Source: Takakia lepidozioides (Eukaryota > Plantae > Bryophyta). Taken from it: a DNA stretch of 64,000 nucleotides. A program made the translations under genes and the position numbers. This document shows positions 39,697 to 52,000 of the stretch, one piece after another (the stretch's first letter is position 1; each line of letters opens with the position of its first letter). The notes below the pieces were generated by a model. That model saw only the letters and a list, made by a program, of their open reading frames with translations, did no database searches and was not told where the DNA came from. Location of the stretch: NCBI GenBank assembly GCA_030704615.1, contig CM060731.1:75516001-75580000 (forward strand). The letters run 5' to 3'.

Positions 39697-40588
39697 AACA
39701 GGGAGTCGATGTCCTCATCGACTTGTCCATTTTGTAGAAACGAACATCCAAGTTGTGGCGTCCCACATCAAGGAGTTTGTTCCCGTACCATGGCGTCCCA
39801 TGGCAAAGAACCAAACCCCCACTTGACTCTACTCTCCACTAGCTAGTTCGGCCGACTTCCTCCAAGTCCCGGCCAAGGGTGGAGCCTCTCAAGCTCCACC
39901 CAGTGCACTCTTCTTGGCCTACTTCAAGGCCAAGGAATGATCCTCCCCGAGGATCGAATCGCCTTACTGCAACAACATTGCTTGCGACCGCTCATGATGC
40001 CACTGTTGGCATCACCTTGAGCAAGGGTTCACCTTGAACCCTTTTTTACTAGGAAGATAACCTTGAACCAACCGTGCGCCCCAATCACTACAATTGGGTC
40101 CGCGTTGGAATGCTGGCCTGAGGTACGGGAACACGCCGAAGCCGCACTACGACTTCGTCCCGAGGCTACACGATTATAGTACGTGAACGGAAGCACGTAG
40201 CTTCCGGGTTAGCCCGCACTACAAGGCAACCCCCTCGGTAGTGCAGTTATAGTATGCACACGCGTCAGGTGCGCACTAGCACGTGAACTCCCAAAGAAGG
40301 CGCAAGTTTCCTTGCCCCTTGGATGGGAGTCACCCGATTTCGGCACTACGCAAACACACGATTAATCCAATTTACCTCTCCCACTTTTGTAAGCTAGCAT
40401 GCATTCTACACACTAGCCAACCATACCATGCATCACCATTCCAAACAAAATAGGAAACACAACATTTGGAAACCATTTCATTTATAACAAAATTTGTACA
40501 ACACAAGTTTTTGCAATCGGATTCCTGAGCTAGCTAAGTCGGACTAAGCATGCATTTCCTCCCCCACGCTCCAAGGTTGATGTCCCCA

Positions 40589-43500
40589 TCAACGCTTCTT
40601 CCGCTTTTGAGATCGCCCTTCGAAAGCTGCAACCGCCTCGGATGCGTTTCCCATTTCTGAGGCACGCACCCAAGTTGCCTCCACTTGATGATAGCCCTTC
40701 CATTTCACGAGATACTCCGTTTCTTGATTCTTGAACCTCCTCGACTTAAGCACTGCCTCCACCTTGTACTCAGGTTCATTTTCATGATCCAACAGCACAG
40801 GTGGTGGACGCAACATTTGATGCCGATTCGGACGCGCTTTATCTTTGAAGTAAGGCTTCAAAAGGGAGACGTGGAATACCGGATGCACCTTGCTGTTTGC
40901 CAGCAGCTCCAATTCATACACATCCTCATTCATAACCTTCCGGATGCAAAAGGGTCCCGCATACAAAGATACGAACATCGGACTCACTTCCGGAGGTAGT
41001 CAAAAATTCTTGATGTTCAACCAGACCTCCGTGCCTGCCTCAAACTTAACTTCCCTCCGCTTCTGATTCGTCTGTCGTTCATACTGTTTCCTAGCTTTGG
41101 CAATGTTGTACTTTGCGAGCTTCAACAAACGCTCGTGTTCTTCCAGCACCGCCGCTGCTGCTGGTTCCTCAATATCCTGGGCAGCCCAACTTGTTGGCAC
41201 CAGAAGTGCTTTTCCATAGACCAATACGAAAGGGGAAACTCCCGTTACGGAGTGTTTTGTGTTATTATAACAAAACTTTGCCGCATCCAAGTGCTCCACC
41301 CAGTCTGATTGGTCTGCCGACACATAATTCCGCAAGATCTGCTTCACCACGGAATTCAATCTTTCCGTTTGGCCGTCCGTCGTAGGTCGGAAGGCGGTGC
41401 TCATCTTGAACCTCGTCCCCATTTTCTTCCAAAGTGCCCTCCAAAATTTACTTGTAAACTTTGGATCGCGGTCCGAGACAATATCCTTCGAGAGTCCATG
41501 ATGCTTGAAGACATGGGCGAGGTAAAGTCGCCCAGTCTCCTGCGCCGTTGTCGTCTCCTTGGTGGGGATGAAATGGCCCATTTTACTGAACCTATCCACC
41601 ACCACCATGATTGCATCGAATCCTTTTGACAGCGGCATAGCAGTCATGAAATCCATTGAGACACTTTCCCAAGACCCCTCTGGCATCGGTAAGGGTTGTA
41701 ACAGCCCCGCTTGCTTTTTGTACTCGCTCCGGTTTTGTTGGCATGTGGTGTATGTTTTGACATACTCCTCGGCCTCCTCCCTCAGTTTGGGCCAAAAATA
41801 CTTTTATTTCAAGAGTGCCGCGGTGCGCTTGGCTCCGCCGTGGCCCACAAGCGGGCCATCATGGCATTCTCTCAAGAGACTATCTCTGATCCCTCCCTTC
41901 GGCACGTAGAGACGCTTTTGCTTGTACCGGAGCAGTCCATTTTGCAAGTGGAACTGCAATTTAACCTCCATCCTCAAGTCCCGCATCACGGACTTCGCCA
42001 TCTCATCCTTCCGGTAAACCTTTCGGATCTTCCTTTGGAGCGCCGTCTCGCCCCTGTACACCAACATGAGCTGTTGCTTTCTACTTAAAGCATCGGCCCA
42101 CCACATTGTCCCGTCCTGGTTTGTACTGGATATCCACGTCAAACACTGCCAAAGTGTCTTGCCACCTAAGTTGTTTTGGGGACAACTTAGGCTGTGTGGC
42201 AAAATACTTCACCGTGACATTGTCTGTGAACACCTTCACCGGGTTGGAACCAACATAGTGGCGCCCACCGTCACTCCACTTCATTCAGTTTCTTACTTTC
42301 GTAAGCCACCGAACATCCATCCTGCATGAACACACCTCCAATTGCAAAGTCCGACGCATTTGTATGAATCTCAAATGGACGGTCGAACTCCGGGATTTTG
42401 AGGACTGGAGCTTCCGCCATCCGCTGCTTCAACTTGGCAAAAGCTTGGCCACAAAAGGTGTTCCATACCCATACCTTGGACTTAAACAGAAGGTCTAACA
42501 GCGGCCCCGTGATCTTGGCGAAATTTCTCACATACTTTCGGTAATAGGAGGCGAGTCCTAGGAAGGATCGCACTCCTGGGAAGTCGGAGGCTCCCAGTCA
42601 AAGATCGCCCTCACCTTTCTGTCATCCATTTTGATCCCATCCTATGTAATCACATGCCCTAGGAACTCCACTTTTGCACTTTTGTGACCCCGAATTCGTA
42701 TTTTGAAGCTTTGGCATACAGCTTCCCTTCCCGCAATTTCTGGAACACCCTTTTGAGGTGCTCCAGGTGCTCTTCCTTTGTTTTTGAGTACACCAAGATG
42801 TCGTCGATGAACACGATCACAAAGTCATCCAACCACTCCTGGAAAAGGTTGTTCATTAGCGTGCTAAAGGTTGCAGGTGCGTTGGTGAGCCCAAAAGGCA
42901 TCACCAGGAACTCATATGAACCATATCTTGTCTAGCAGGCGGTCTTCTCCTCATCTCCTTCCGCCACTCGGATTTGATGGTAGCCGAAGCGCAAATCGAT
43001 CCGGCTAAAATACTTCGCTCCTGCCAACCGATCGAAGAGGTCGTTGATCCTTGGCAAAGGGTACCGGTTCTTGATAGTCACCTTATTCAGAGCCCTGTAA
43101 TCGACACACATCCGCAGCGTCCCATCCTTCTTGTCTGCGAATAGCACCGGGGCACCGTAAGGTGACTTACTCGGCCGGATGTACCCCTTTGACATTAGAT
43201 CCTTGAGCTGAGCCTTCAGCTCGACCAACTCTCTGTGGCTCAACTGGTAGGGCGCCTTGGCAGACGGCTCCGATCCCAGTATCACCTCAATCTTGTGGTC
43301 AACTCTTCTTCGCGGTGGCAAGACTCTTGGTAAATCCTCCGGCATCACATCCTGGTATTTCTCCAAGATCCCCTTGATCCAATCTGGGCTCGGCTCCCTA
43401 TCGCCTTCTCCCTCCACTTGTCTTACGTAAAGCAAAAACTGGGGCTCGTGTGGCTCCTCCACGGCCCACTCCTTTGCTGACAGCAGGTTTATTTGCCCTC

Positions 43501-45105
43501 CCACTGGGTTGGGCATTTCTGACACTCGTAAAATTTTGCCACCATTCCCACACGGTAGCGTGACTACTCTCTTGCGGCCATCTATAACCGCTCCTGATTT
43601 GCTCCAAAAGGTCATCCCCAAAATGAGATCCACTCCATCGATCTCGCAAATGGTGAAGTTCTCACGTCCCTCCTAACCCCCCAGCTGAAGAGGAACATCG
43701 AACACCAACCTCGTCGCCAATTGTGATTCTCCTTTGGCAGAACGCACTTCAATGGAGCCGACACACTTGTCGGGAGCCCCAGCTTCCGTGTCGTTGCCGG
43801 TGTCATGAAGGAGTGCGACGCTCCTGTGTCCACCAACAATGACACGTTAGTTCCGGAAATTATCCCACTCACGAACATTAACTGACTCCCTTTTTGCAAG
43901 GCACCAATTTTTTTATACAACTCACAAGAGTAGTTGCCTACCTTGCAAGTCTTGGCGACCACTGCCTCCACCAAGCGGCTGATGGAATCTTCGGACAACT
44001 CCATGGTCGACCGAGTTATGTTCAATTGTCGGGGTTTCGCGCACTTCTTAGCCATGTGCCCGGGCTCCCCGCAATTAAAGCACACTCCATCGAAGGTCGC
44101 TTTCTGTCCGCCATAAGCCGCCGCACCTGATTTTCCTTTCGGAGCACCGGGTGCCGCCTTGACATGTGAAGGCCCTCCCTTCGATGTCCATGTGCCATTG
44201 TTGCCGTGTGGCCTATCCCACTTCTTTTCCGGTCGGAAAGAGTCACCCTCCCGCCGGGTCTTCTTGTGGTTCAGCTCCGTATGGCCTTGTCTTTCGCCCC
44301 TAGGGACATCCGAGAAACATTCAGCCCTTTCAATTGCCTCATTCAAAGTCTTAGGTGGCTTCTGAACCTCCAACTTCCACCTGGCCCATGGGGCTAGTCT
44401 CGTCACAAAGTTGAAGACCATTTCTGATTCTGCCATGTCCGCGACTTCGAGCAACAGCACATTGAAAGCCTGAACATATCCCCGAATATCATCCATTTGC
44501 TTCAAATTCCTCATCTTGTCCCGGGCGAGCCAAGATGCGTTAAGGGGCTCAAATTGTCTTTTCATAAGTTCCTTGAACCTACTCCAGCTCAATGTTTATG
44601 GGATTGGACCTTGGTCGTGAAGGCGTTTCTGCCACCATTGTTGAGCATAGCCCCTCAAATAGGTGGGAGCCACTTCCACTCGATCCTCGTCACTCAACTT
44701 GGTCGCCCGGAAGTACTGCTCTAGCTCCAAGAGCCAGGTGTTGAGTGCCTTCCGATTTCGGACGCCCTCGAAGGTGCCGGGTTCTTTAGGCTTCACATTA
44801 AACTTTGCCTAAGTGGAAGTGGCATTGGCCGCCTTCAACACATCTTTCAACGTCCCGCCAAATTGCGCCAACAACCCTACCCAAAAGGATGCTGGCATGG
44901 GAGGCATCTGTTGGTCTGCCGGAGCCTCCGGGAAGTCCTCGGGCTCCGACTCCCCTGATTCCTCCCGTTCTTGAGCGGCCTCGCTTTCAAAAGCATGAAT
45001 CGCTTCCTCAAATTGCCGCTTCGGTGACATGTCGCCTCCACCGAGCTCACTAGGATCATCATCTTTCGGGCCGTTCCGCTTTCGCTTTCGCTTGCCCGAC
45101 CTCAT
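40589..45105 (-). pseudogene. gag-pol of family B chromovirus with frameshifts and stops
   Basis: [60 protein letters not shown] and the chromodomain EYKVEAVL..YLVKWKGY..ATW. Confidence 0.93.
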
Positions 45106-45146
45106 GATGAGGCCGATCTCAAAGACGATCGTGTACTAAACTCTAA

Positions 45147-45158
45147 GCTCTGATACCA
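45147..45158 (-). promoter_or_regulatory. Primer-binding site (tRNA-iMet)
   Basis: Minus strand TGGTATCAGAGC, 2 nt inside the 5' LTR. Confidence 0.92.
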
Positions 45159-45882
45159 AGTGTCGCGCACCTCACTTTGGTAAGCTCCCCTACAAGTCAT
45201 AGTTACTCGCTTTGATACGCGCGCCTAACTCCCAAACTAGCCGCCGGGCCAACTCGGAGCTTCGACTGCTCACCGGGACATAACGGCCCCCCTTTATTCC
45301 TCCACGAGACCCTCTCTCAATTTGGGCCAAGTGGAAATTCCCTTTGGTCGATGGCAGTCCGGAACAGCTCCCCACACCTTGGTTGCTTTCCGGCTCGCAC
45401 GCTTACTCACTAGTTTTTGGTCACCAACGGGCTTGCACCGTTCTCGGGGTTACTACTCCCTATATATACTTCTGTGACTGTCCACGGGGGTTTCACAAAC
45501 AACCCAGTCATTTTATGGCGAACCACCACGAAAACCCTCGACTCCCGGTGATGAGTCGCGGTGAGTCTTGGCCCACCCACCACGGCCCCAATGGACCGTG
45601 ATGAGTCCCAAGACTCCCCACGACTCCCACCACAAGGTCTCCGCCCCAGGGTGAGTCCTATGTTACCCCCACTAAGACCCACTATGCTACCACCACTCCT
45701 CGTGGACCCACCCCCACCGCAACCCCGTGTGCGGGGCTCCACCTAGTGGGCGCCTCCGCCTCCTTGAGTGCCTTGGGCACTCAAGGGAGCTTCAGCCCCC
45801 GTACCTATTGTTGTCACTGCCCCCACAGGGACAGCCCATCTTGTGTCCCGACCCCCTGTCCCCAAGGCAAAGGGCCGCGACA

Positions 45883-46590
45883 CTGCACCTTGCTTCACAG
45901 TTCCGGTAAAAATCAGAGTGCAAAATCGAGATATCTCTGTAGAAGCACTTTTGGACTCAGGGGCTTCAGCTTGTTTTATGGACAAAAACTTTGCGAAGCA
46001 ATACAATTTAACGCTCGTAAAGAAGAAACTCTCGACCCCCGTTGAAGTCATCGATGGACGACCGTTAGAAATGTGGACCATGAAACTCAACCACTTGAAG
46101 TGAAGCTTAAAGATCAAGCATCACATATTGTTTTCAACGTCATCCAACCTCCAACGAATCATGTGATCCTTGGACTTCCCTGGTTCGTACTTCACAATCC
46201 TGACATCGACTGACGATCGCAAAAAATTTCTACAAGACAAAAATGTAGAAATATCAAAAGTATTCAACCCCTATTCCTTGGAGCTAGAGCTTTCATGAGA
46301 GCTACCAAAAAAGATGCGACATTTGCACTTTATGCGACTCCGATCAAGACCACAACAAACAAATGTACTTCAACATTACCCGCTCAATATCAAGATTTCA
46401 AGGATGTTTCGAAAAGAAAAATGCAGACATATTGCCAGAATATCGACTTTATGACTGTGCAATTGAGTTACAAGGAGGAGCCCACCATTCGGCCTAATTT
46501 ATAACTTATCCCAGACGGAGTTGGCTGCATTGCGTGAATATATTGATGAAAATTTGTCGAAGCACTTCATCCGACATTCAAAATCACCAC
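45883..46590 (+). pseudogene. Second family A protease/RT-N fragment
   Basis: ALLDSGASACF..TPVEVIDGRPL; homologous to 17794-18515. Confidence 0.85.
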
Positions 46591-46626
46591 GAGAAAGCAA
46601 TGAAGGCGGTGGTGCATTGCCTTGTC

Positions 46627-46798
46627 CCAGTATTCAAGTCGCGTTCTAATATCTTGTACTCTTGTTCATTGTTATAAAGATCGTCTTGATTCTTATTTAC
46701 TCATCATGCATTCAGCCACGCCGACCTTGACTTCTTGTCTAGTCTTGTACCTCTGTCTGATCTCTTATTTATGTTCAGTCATGTTCTCGTCCTTGACA
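46627..46798 (+). repeat. 3' end of a family A LTR
   Basis: Matches about 16494-16660 and ends in CTTGACA followed by ATAAG. Confidence 0.9.
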
Positions 46799-46974
46799 AT
46801 AAGCTCCTCTCAGGTCAATTTTGGTGAAAATCTTCGCTCGTCTCAGCTGGTCGAGAAGCCTAGAAATCAACGGCAACGGATAACAATTCTTAATTGTGAC
46901 TTTATTTAGACCGCAATAGTCGACACACATGCGTAATGATCCGTCCTTCTTCTTCACAAACAAGATAGGCGCCC
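46799..46974 (-). pseudogene. Family A RT N-half, continuous with 16045-14560
   Basis: [19 protein letters not shown]...[11 protein letters not shown] stops where YNLV resumes at 16045. Confidence 0.9.
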
Positions 46975-47170
46975 TGGAAACTGGACTAGAGTACCAGATA
47001 CTGGAAACTAGGCTAGAGTATTAGGAACTGGACTGGAGTACTGGAAACTGGAAACAAGAGTAACTTGAACTTGTGTTGGCGAGACTGAAGAGTGTCCAGT
47101 CTCGCCTCATATATATACTGACTACTAAGAAGTTCCCTAAGCTGAAGATTCCCCTATGGAGGTTTCTTGA
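46975..47170 (-). repeat. Internal part of a family A LTR, downstream of the CACTA insertion site
   Basis: Reverse complement of about 16316-16490. Confidence 0.85.
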
Positions 47171-47660
47171 CACTACTACGTTTAGGGGGGATTAGCGACG
47201 CCAGGACCCCGGGCGCGCCGGACGCGCCGACCCGGACGCGCCGACCCCCCTGCGACTGCAGCGTCACACAGGCGCCCGGCTCGGGATTTACGACGTCAGG
47301 GCGTCGTAACGCCGGCGCTCGAACGATGTTGTGGCATCTTGCGATGTCATGCCGTTGCCGGAAAGGGGCCTGACCCCATTTCCCCGCCAACGCATTGGGG
47401 GGTTGCGACGCCCCTGGATGCTGCGATGTCGGGGAATCGCAACGAGATGTCACAGCGCCGCAGCCCAGCGACGCTTTTGCGCCGGCCGGGCGCTCTTGCG
47501 ACGGCGGGGAATCGCAATGCCTGGAGAAAAAAAAAAAAAAAAAAAAAAAAAAAACAACTTGTTTTTTTTTTTTTTCGATTCCCCAGTGTCGCAAAAGCGT
47601 CGCTGGGGCTGCGGCGCTGCGATTCCCCGGCATCACGGAAAATTAATTCTGGGAGTAGAT
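47171..47660. mobile_element. CACTA terminus with GCGACG-rich subterminal repeats
   Basis: CACTACTACGTTTAGGGGGG start, similar to CACTACTAAGTTTGGGGGGG at 60335. Preceded by TGA. Confidence 0.85.
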
Positions 47661-47831
47661 TGTAGAGCATAATGGGCTTGGCATCCTCAGACTATAACCA
47701 TTGTCCAACAATAAATTGCAATGCAGCTTTGCAAAACTTAGGCCATTGATAGATATTTGTTCTTGAAGAACTCTGGGGACAAGTCTCGGTGCAAGTTCCA
47801 GCTGTGAGAGCTCCTGTAGAGTACGCATAAT

Positions 47832-48172
47832 TGCTCTGGCAATTGGCAGTGCAAATCAGGCCACAACATCAAATTCCACATCCACGGACAGTGACGACTA
47901 GGCTTTGAATGACTGGCAGCATAGTACATATACAATATGCATTTTTGTTGTACCTTGAATATTGTTGGAAAACACAGTGATGACATTCCGCCAAGTTTGT
48001 ATATCACCAATTTTGTTAATACAGAATGCACATGTGCGGCACCTGCCAATTTCAATTGCATGAGCAGCGTTTTCTTCACGTTTACACTCGTGTGATGGGG
48101 AAGAAGTAGTTCACCCTGTAAACAAATTTACAATGGTGTCATATTTTGTCGCGGCCCTTCGCCTTGAGGGAC
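47832..48172 (+). repeat. Dispersed duplicate of 62763-63096
   Basis: Near-identical copy of the RING-gene 3' end and UTR plus the first ~25 bp of LTR B. Confidence 0.9.
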
Positions 48173-49009
48173 ATAACTCAATATTGATCGTGCATGTAAT
48201 AAATAAAGTCCCATTGTAAATACTACATTGCATATGCTCGACCCTGGTACCTGTCATCACAACATAAATGTGTAGAGGTCGCATGTACACTTATTACTTT
48301 TTTATCCATGTCACTCATGGTAGTATCGCACAGTTGAATGAGATATGGAACGTTTGTTGTCCAACTCCTATGGATCCAATATATCATTTTCTCAGTACCC
48401 TATCAGAAACATTGAAACATTCGCAGTTACAAACAGTGCCACAATACACGGCCGATTTTGTTGAAATGACATTTGTGAGGTTCGAGCGTATGCAATTTAT
48501 TATTTACAAAGGAATTTTATTTACTCGGGGGACCGGTACTGCTGTTGGAACGCAACTGATGGTGCGAGTTCTCTATTGATTGGAGCTGTCACAACCAATG
48601 TCAACAATCATATTTACGGTAAGGTGTTTCATGTTATTGTTGTTCCTCTAGCTGAATTCTGTAGTACTCTTTTTGCTATTCCTATGCCAACGTCCTCTGA
48701 GACTGTCATGTTCAAACGGACGTATCAGCCACCCCGGCCAGCTTGCAGGCTGCAGCCATGGCCCACCATAAATTGAATGAATTGGAGATTTTGTGTGAAG
48801 TTCCTGGTTTCATGTCCGTGGTGGCTGATACGGAATTCGGAATATGGCAGTCGCAGTGGACCTGATGTTGTTGGCATGAGAGTAGCAAAATGATTCCTAA
48901 ATAATTCTGCTACATGAACATCGGCAGTATGAAACACCTTGCAGTACATATGATTCTTGATATTGTTTGCACGGATTATTTGTGTTTGATAATCGAAGAC
49001 GAAACCCCA

Positions 49010-52000
49010 TTCATTCAATGGGCGAATGAATGGTTGCCCATCCAAATGATTTTCGTTTGCTTTCAATCTTTGCCACTATGTTCAACATACCATGTATCAA
49101 GTCCCGGACTAATATCAGATCAATCGAAATTCATTCGATGGCTCAACGGATGGTTGGCCATCGAAATGATTTTGGTTCGCTTTGAGACTTGGCCACTATG
49201 TTCAATGTGCTATGTAAGAGGCCCCAAAGTACTATGAGATCAATCGAAATTCGTTCAATGGGCCAACGGATGGTCGCCCATCCAAATGATTTTCGTTCGC
49301 TTTGAAACTTGGCCAGTGTGTTCAATGTACCCTCTGATACGTCCCATTGTAATATGAGATCAATCAAAATTCGATCGATTGTCCAATGAGGCGTTCACTT
49401 GTCATCTGGTTTTTGTTCAATGCGAAGAAGAAAAAAATCCTGCAATGCGTGCACGGCTATTGCATCCATTGAACGGATGTGGTTGAAGCCCCTCTTTTGC
49501 CCCCATGTGTTGGAACATGTGTGGAGAGACATTAGACAAATAAATCATTTGCCTCCCCATCGACGCGCTCCTCCCTCAAGCCATTCCACAATTTAATTGA
49601 ATTTAAATTTATTTTAAGCTAATAAATAGGTTTGCACTGCCTTACAGTGGGGGTTTCTGGCACGTATCGATTTTGTTTTTGGCTCAATTTTGTTCTGCGG
49701 CTTCCAGCATCCCATGGCTACTTCCCCCCCAAAATTTGGACCAATCAAAAATGCCCCAAAAAAAAAGTATTCTCTTCGCTCACTATTGCAGAACTCTCTG
49801 TAAAGAGTGCATGAAGTGGAACACAAATCAAGTTTGGAGTGCAAAACAGGGAAGAAACTGTGGTTTTGGGTCCAAATGAATTTTGATCGCTCCCAAATTT
49901 GGCACGCACGTTGCATATGGCTACATTACACGCCCCATTCAAAAACAGAAAGAAAAAACAATCGTGAGCACGCGAAACACAGTCCAGCAGGTCCCAAAGC
50001 AATAGCAGCTCCAACAAAATACATTCAACGGGTGAACGGATGGTTGCCCATCCAAATCATTTTTGTTAGCTTCCAAACTTTCCCAACACGTTTCAGACAC
50101 CCTCTCACAGGTCCCGGACTAATATCAGATCAATCGAAATTCATTCGATGGCTCAACGGATAGTTGGCCATCGAAATGATTTTGGTTCCCTTTGAGACTT
50201 GGCCACTATGTTCAATGTGCCATGTAAGAGGCCCCAGAATAATATGAGATCAATCGAAATTCGTTCAATGGGCCAACGGATGGTCGCCCATCCAAATGAT
50301 TTTCGTTCGCTTTGAAACTTGGCCAGTGTGTTCAATGTACCATCTGATACGTCCCAGTGTAATACGAGATCAATCGAAAATCATTCAATTGTCCAATGAG
50401 GCGTTCACTTGTCATCTGGTTTTTGTTCAATGCGAAAAAGAAATCCTGCAATGCGTGCACGGCTATTGCACCCATTAAACGGATGTGGTTGAAGCCCCTC
50501 TTTTGCCCGCATGTGCTTGAACATGTGTGCGACACATGTGCAGAGACACAACAGACGAATAAATCATTTGCCTCCGCATCGACGCGCTCCCCCCCAAGTC
50601 ATTCCACAATTTAATTGAATTTAAATTTATTTTAAGCCAATAAATAGGTTTGCACTGCCTTACAGTGGGGGGTTCTGGCACGTATCGATTTTTGTATTGG
50701 CTCAATTTTGTTCTGCGGCTTCCAGCATCCCACGGCTACTTCCCCCGCCAAAATTTGGACCAATCAAAAATGCCCCAAAAAAAAAGTGTTCTCTTCGCTC
50801 ACTATTGCATAACTCTCTGTAAAGAGTGCATGAAGTGGAACACAAATCAAGTTTGGAGTGCAAAACGGGGAAGAAACTGTGGTTTTGGGTCCAAATGAAT
50901 TTTGATCGCTCCCTTATTTGGCACGCACGTTGTATATGGCTACATTACACGCCCCATTCAAAAACAGAATGAAAAAAAAATCGTGAGCACGCGAAACACA
51001 GTCCAAAAGGTCCCAAAGCAATAGCAGCTCCAACAAAATACATTCAACGGGTGAACGGATGGTTGCCCATCCAAATCATTTTTGTTAGCTTCCAAACTTT
51101 TCCAGCACGTTTCAGACACCCTCTCACATGTCCCGGACTAATATCAGATCAATCGAAATTCATTCGATGGCTCAACGGATGGTTGGCCATCGAAATGATT
51201 TTGGTTCGCTTTGAGACTTGGCCACTATGTTCAATGTGCCATGTAAGAGGCCCCAGAGTAATATGAGATCAATCGAAATTCGTTCAATGGGCCAACGGAT
51301 GGTCGCCCATCCAAATGATTTTCATTCGCTTTGAAACTTGGCCAGTGTGTTCAATGTACCATCTGATACGTCCCAGTGTAATACGAGATCAATCAAAAAT
51401 CATTCGATTGTCCAATGAGGCGTTCACTTGTCATCTGGTTTTTGTTCAATGTGAAAAATAAATCCTGCAATGCGTGCACTGCTATTGCACCCATTAAACG
51501 GAAGTGGTTGAAGCCCTCTTTTGCCCGCATGTGCTTGAACATGTGTGCGACACATGTGCGGAGACACAAGAGACGAATAAATCATTTGCCTCCCCATCGA
51601 CGCGCTCCCCCCTCAAGCCATTCCACAATTTAATTGAATTTAAATTTATTTTAAGCCAATAAATAGGTTTGCACTGCCTTACAGTGGGGGTTTCTGGCAC
51701 GTATCGATTTTGTTTTTGGCTCAATTTTGTTCTGCGGCTTCCAGCATCCCACGGCTACTTCCCCGCCAAAATTTGGACCAATCAAAAATGCCCCAAAAAA
51801 CAAGTATTCTCTTCGCTCACTATTGCAGAACTCTCTGTAAAGAGTGCATGAAGAGGAACACAAATCAAGTTTGGATTTCAAAACAGGGAAGAAACTGTGG
51901 TTTTGGGTCCAAATGAATTTTGATCGCTCCCAAATTTGGCACGCACGTTGTATATGGCTACATTACACGCCCCATTCAAAACCAGAATGAAAAAAACAAT

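Larger units (their letters stand above)
38972..45882 (-). mobile_element. Full-length Ty3/gypsy chromovirus (family B), decayed
   Basis: LTRs 38972-39684 (3') and 45161-45882 (5') with TGTCGC..GCGACA ends. CTGCA TSD at 38967-38971 and 45883-45887. PBS and PPT present. Gag-PR-RT-RH-INT-chromodomain lie on the minus strand. Confidence 0.97.
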
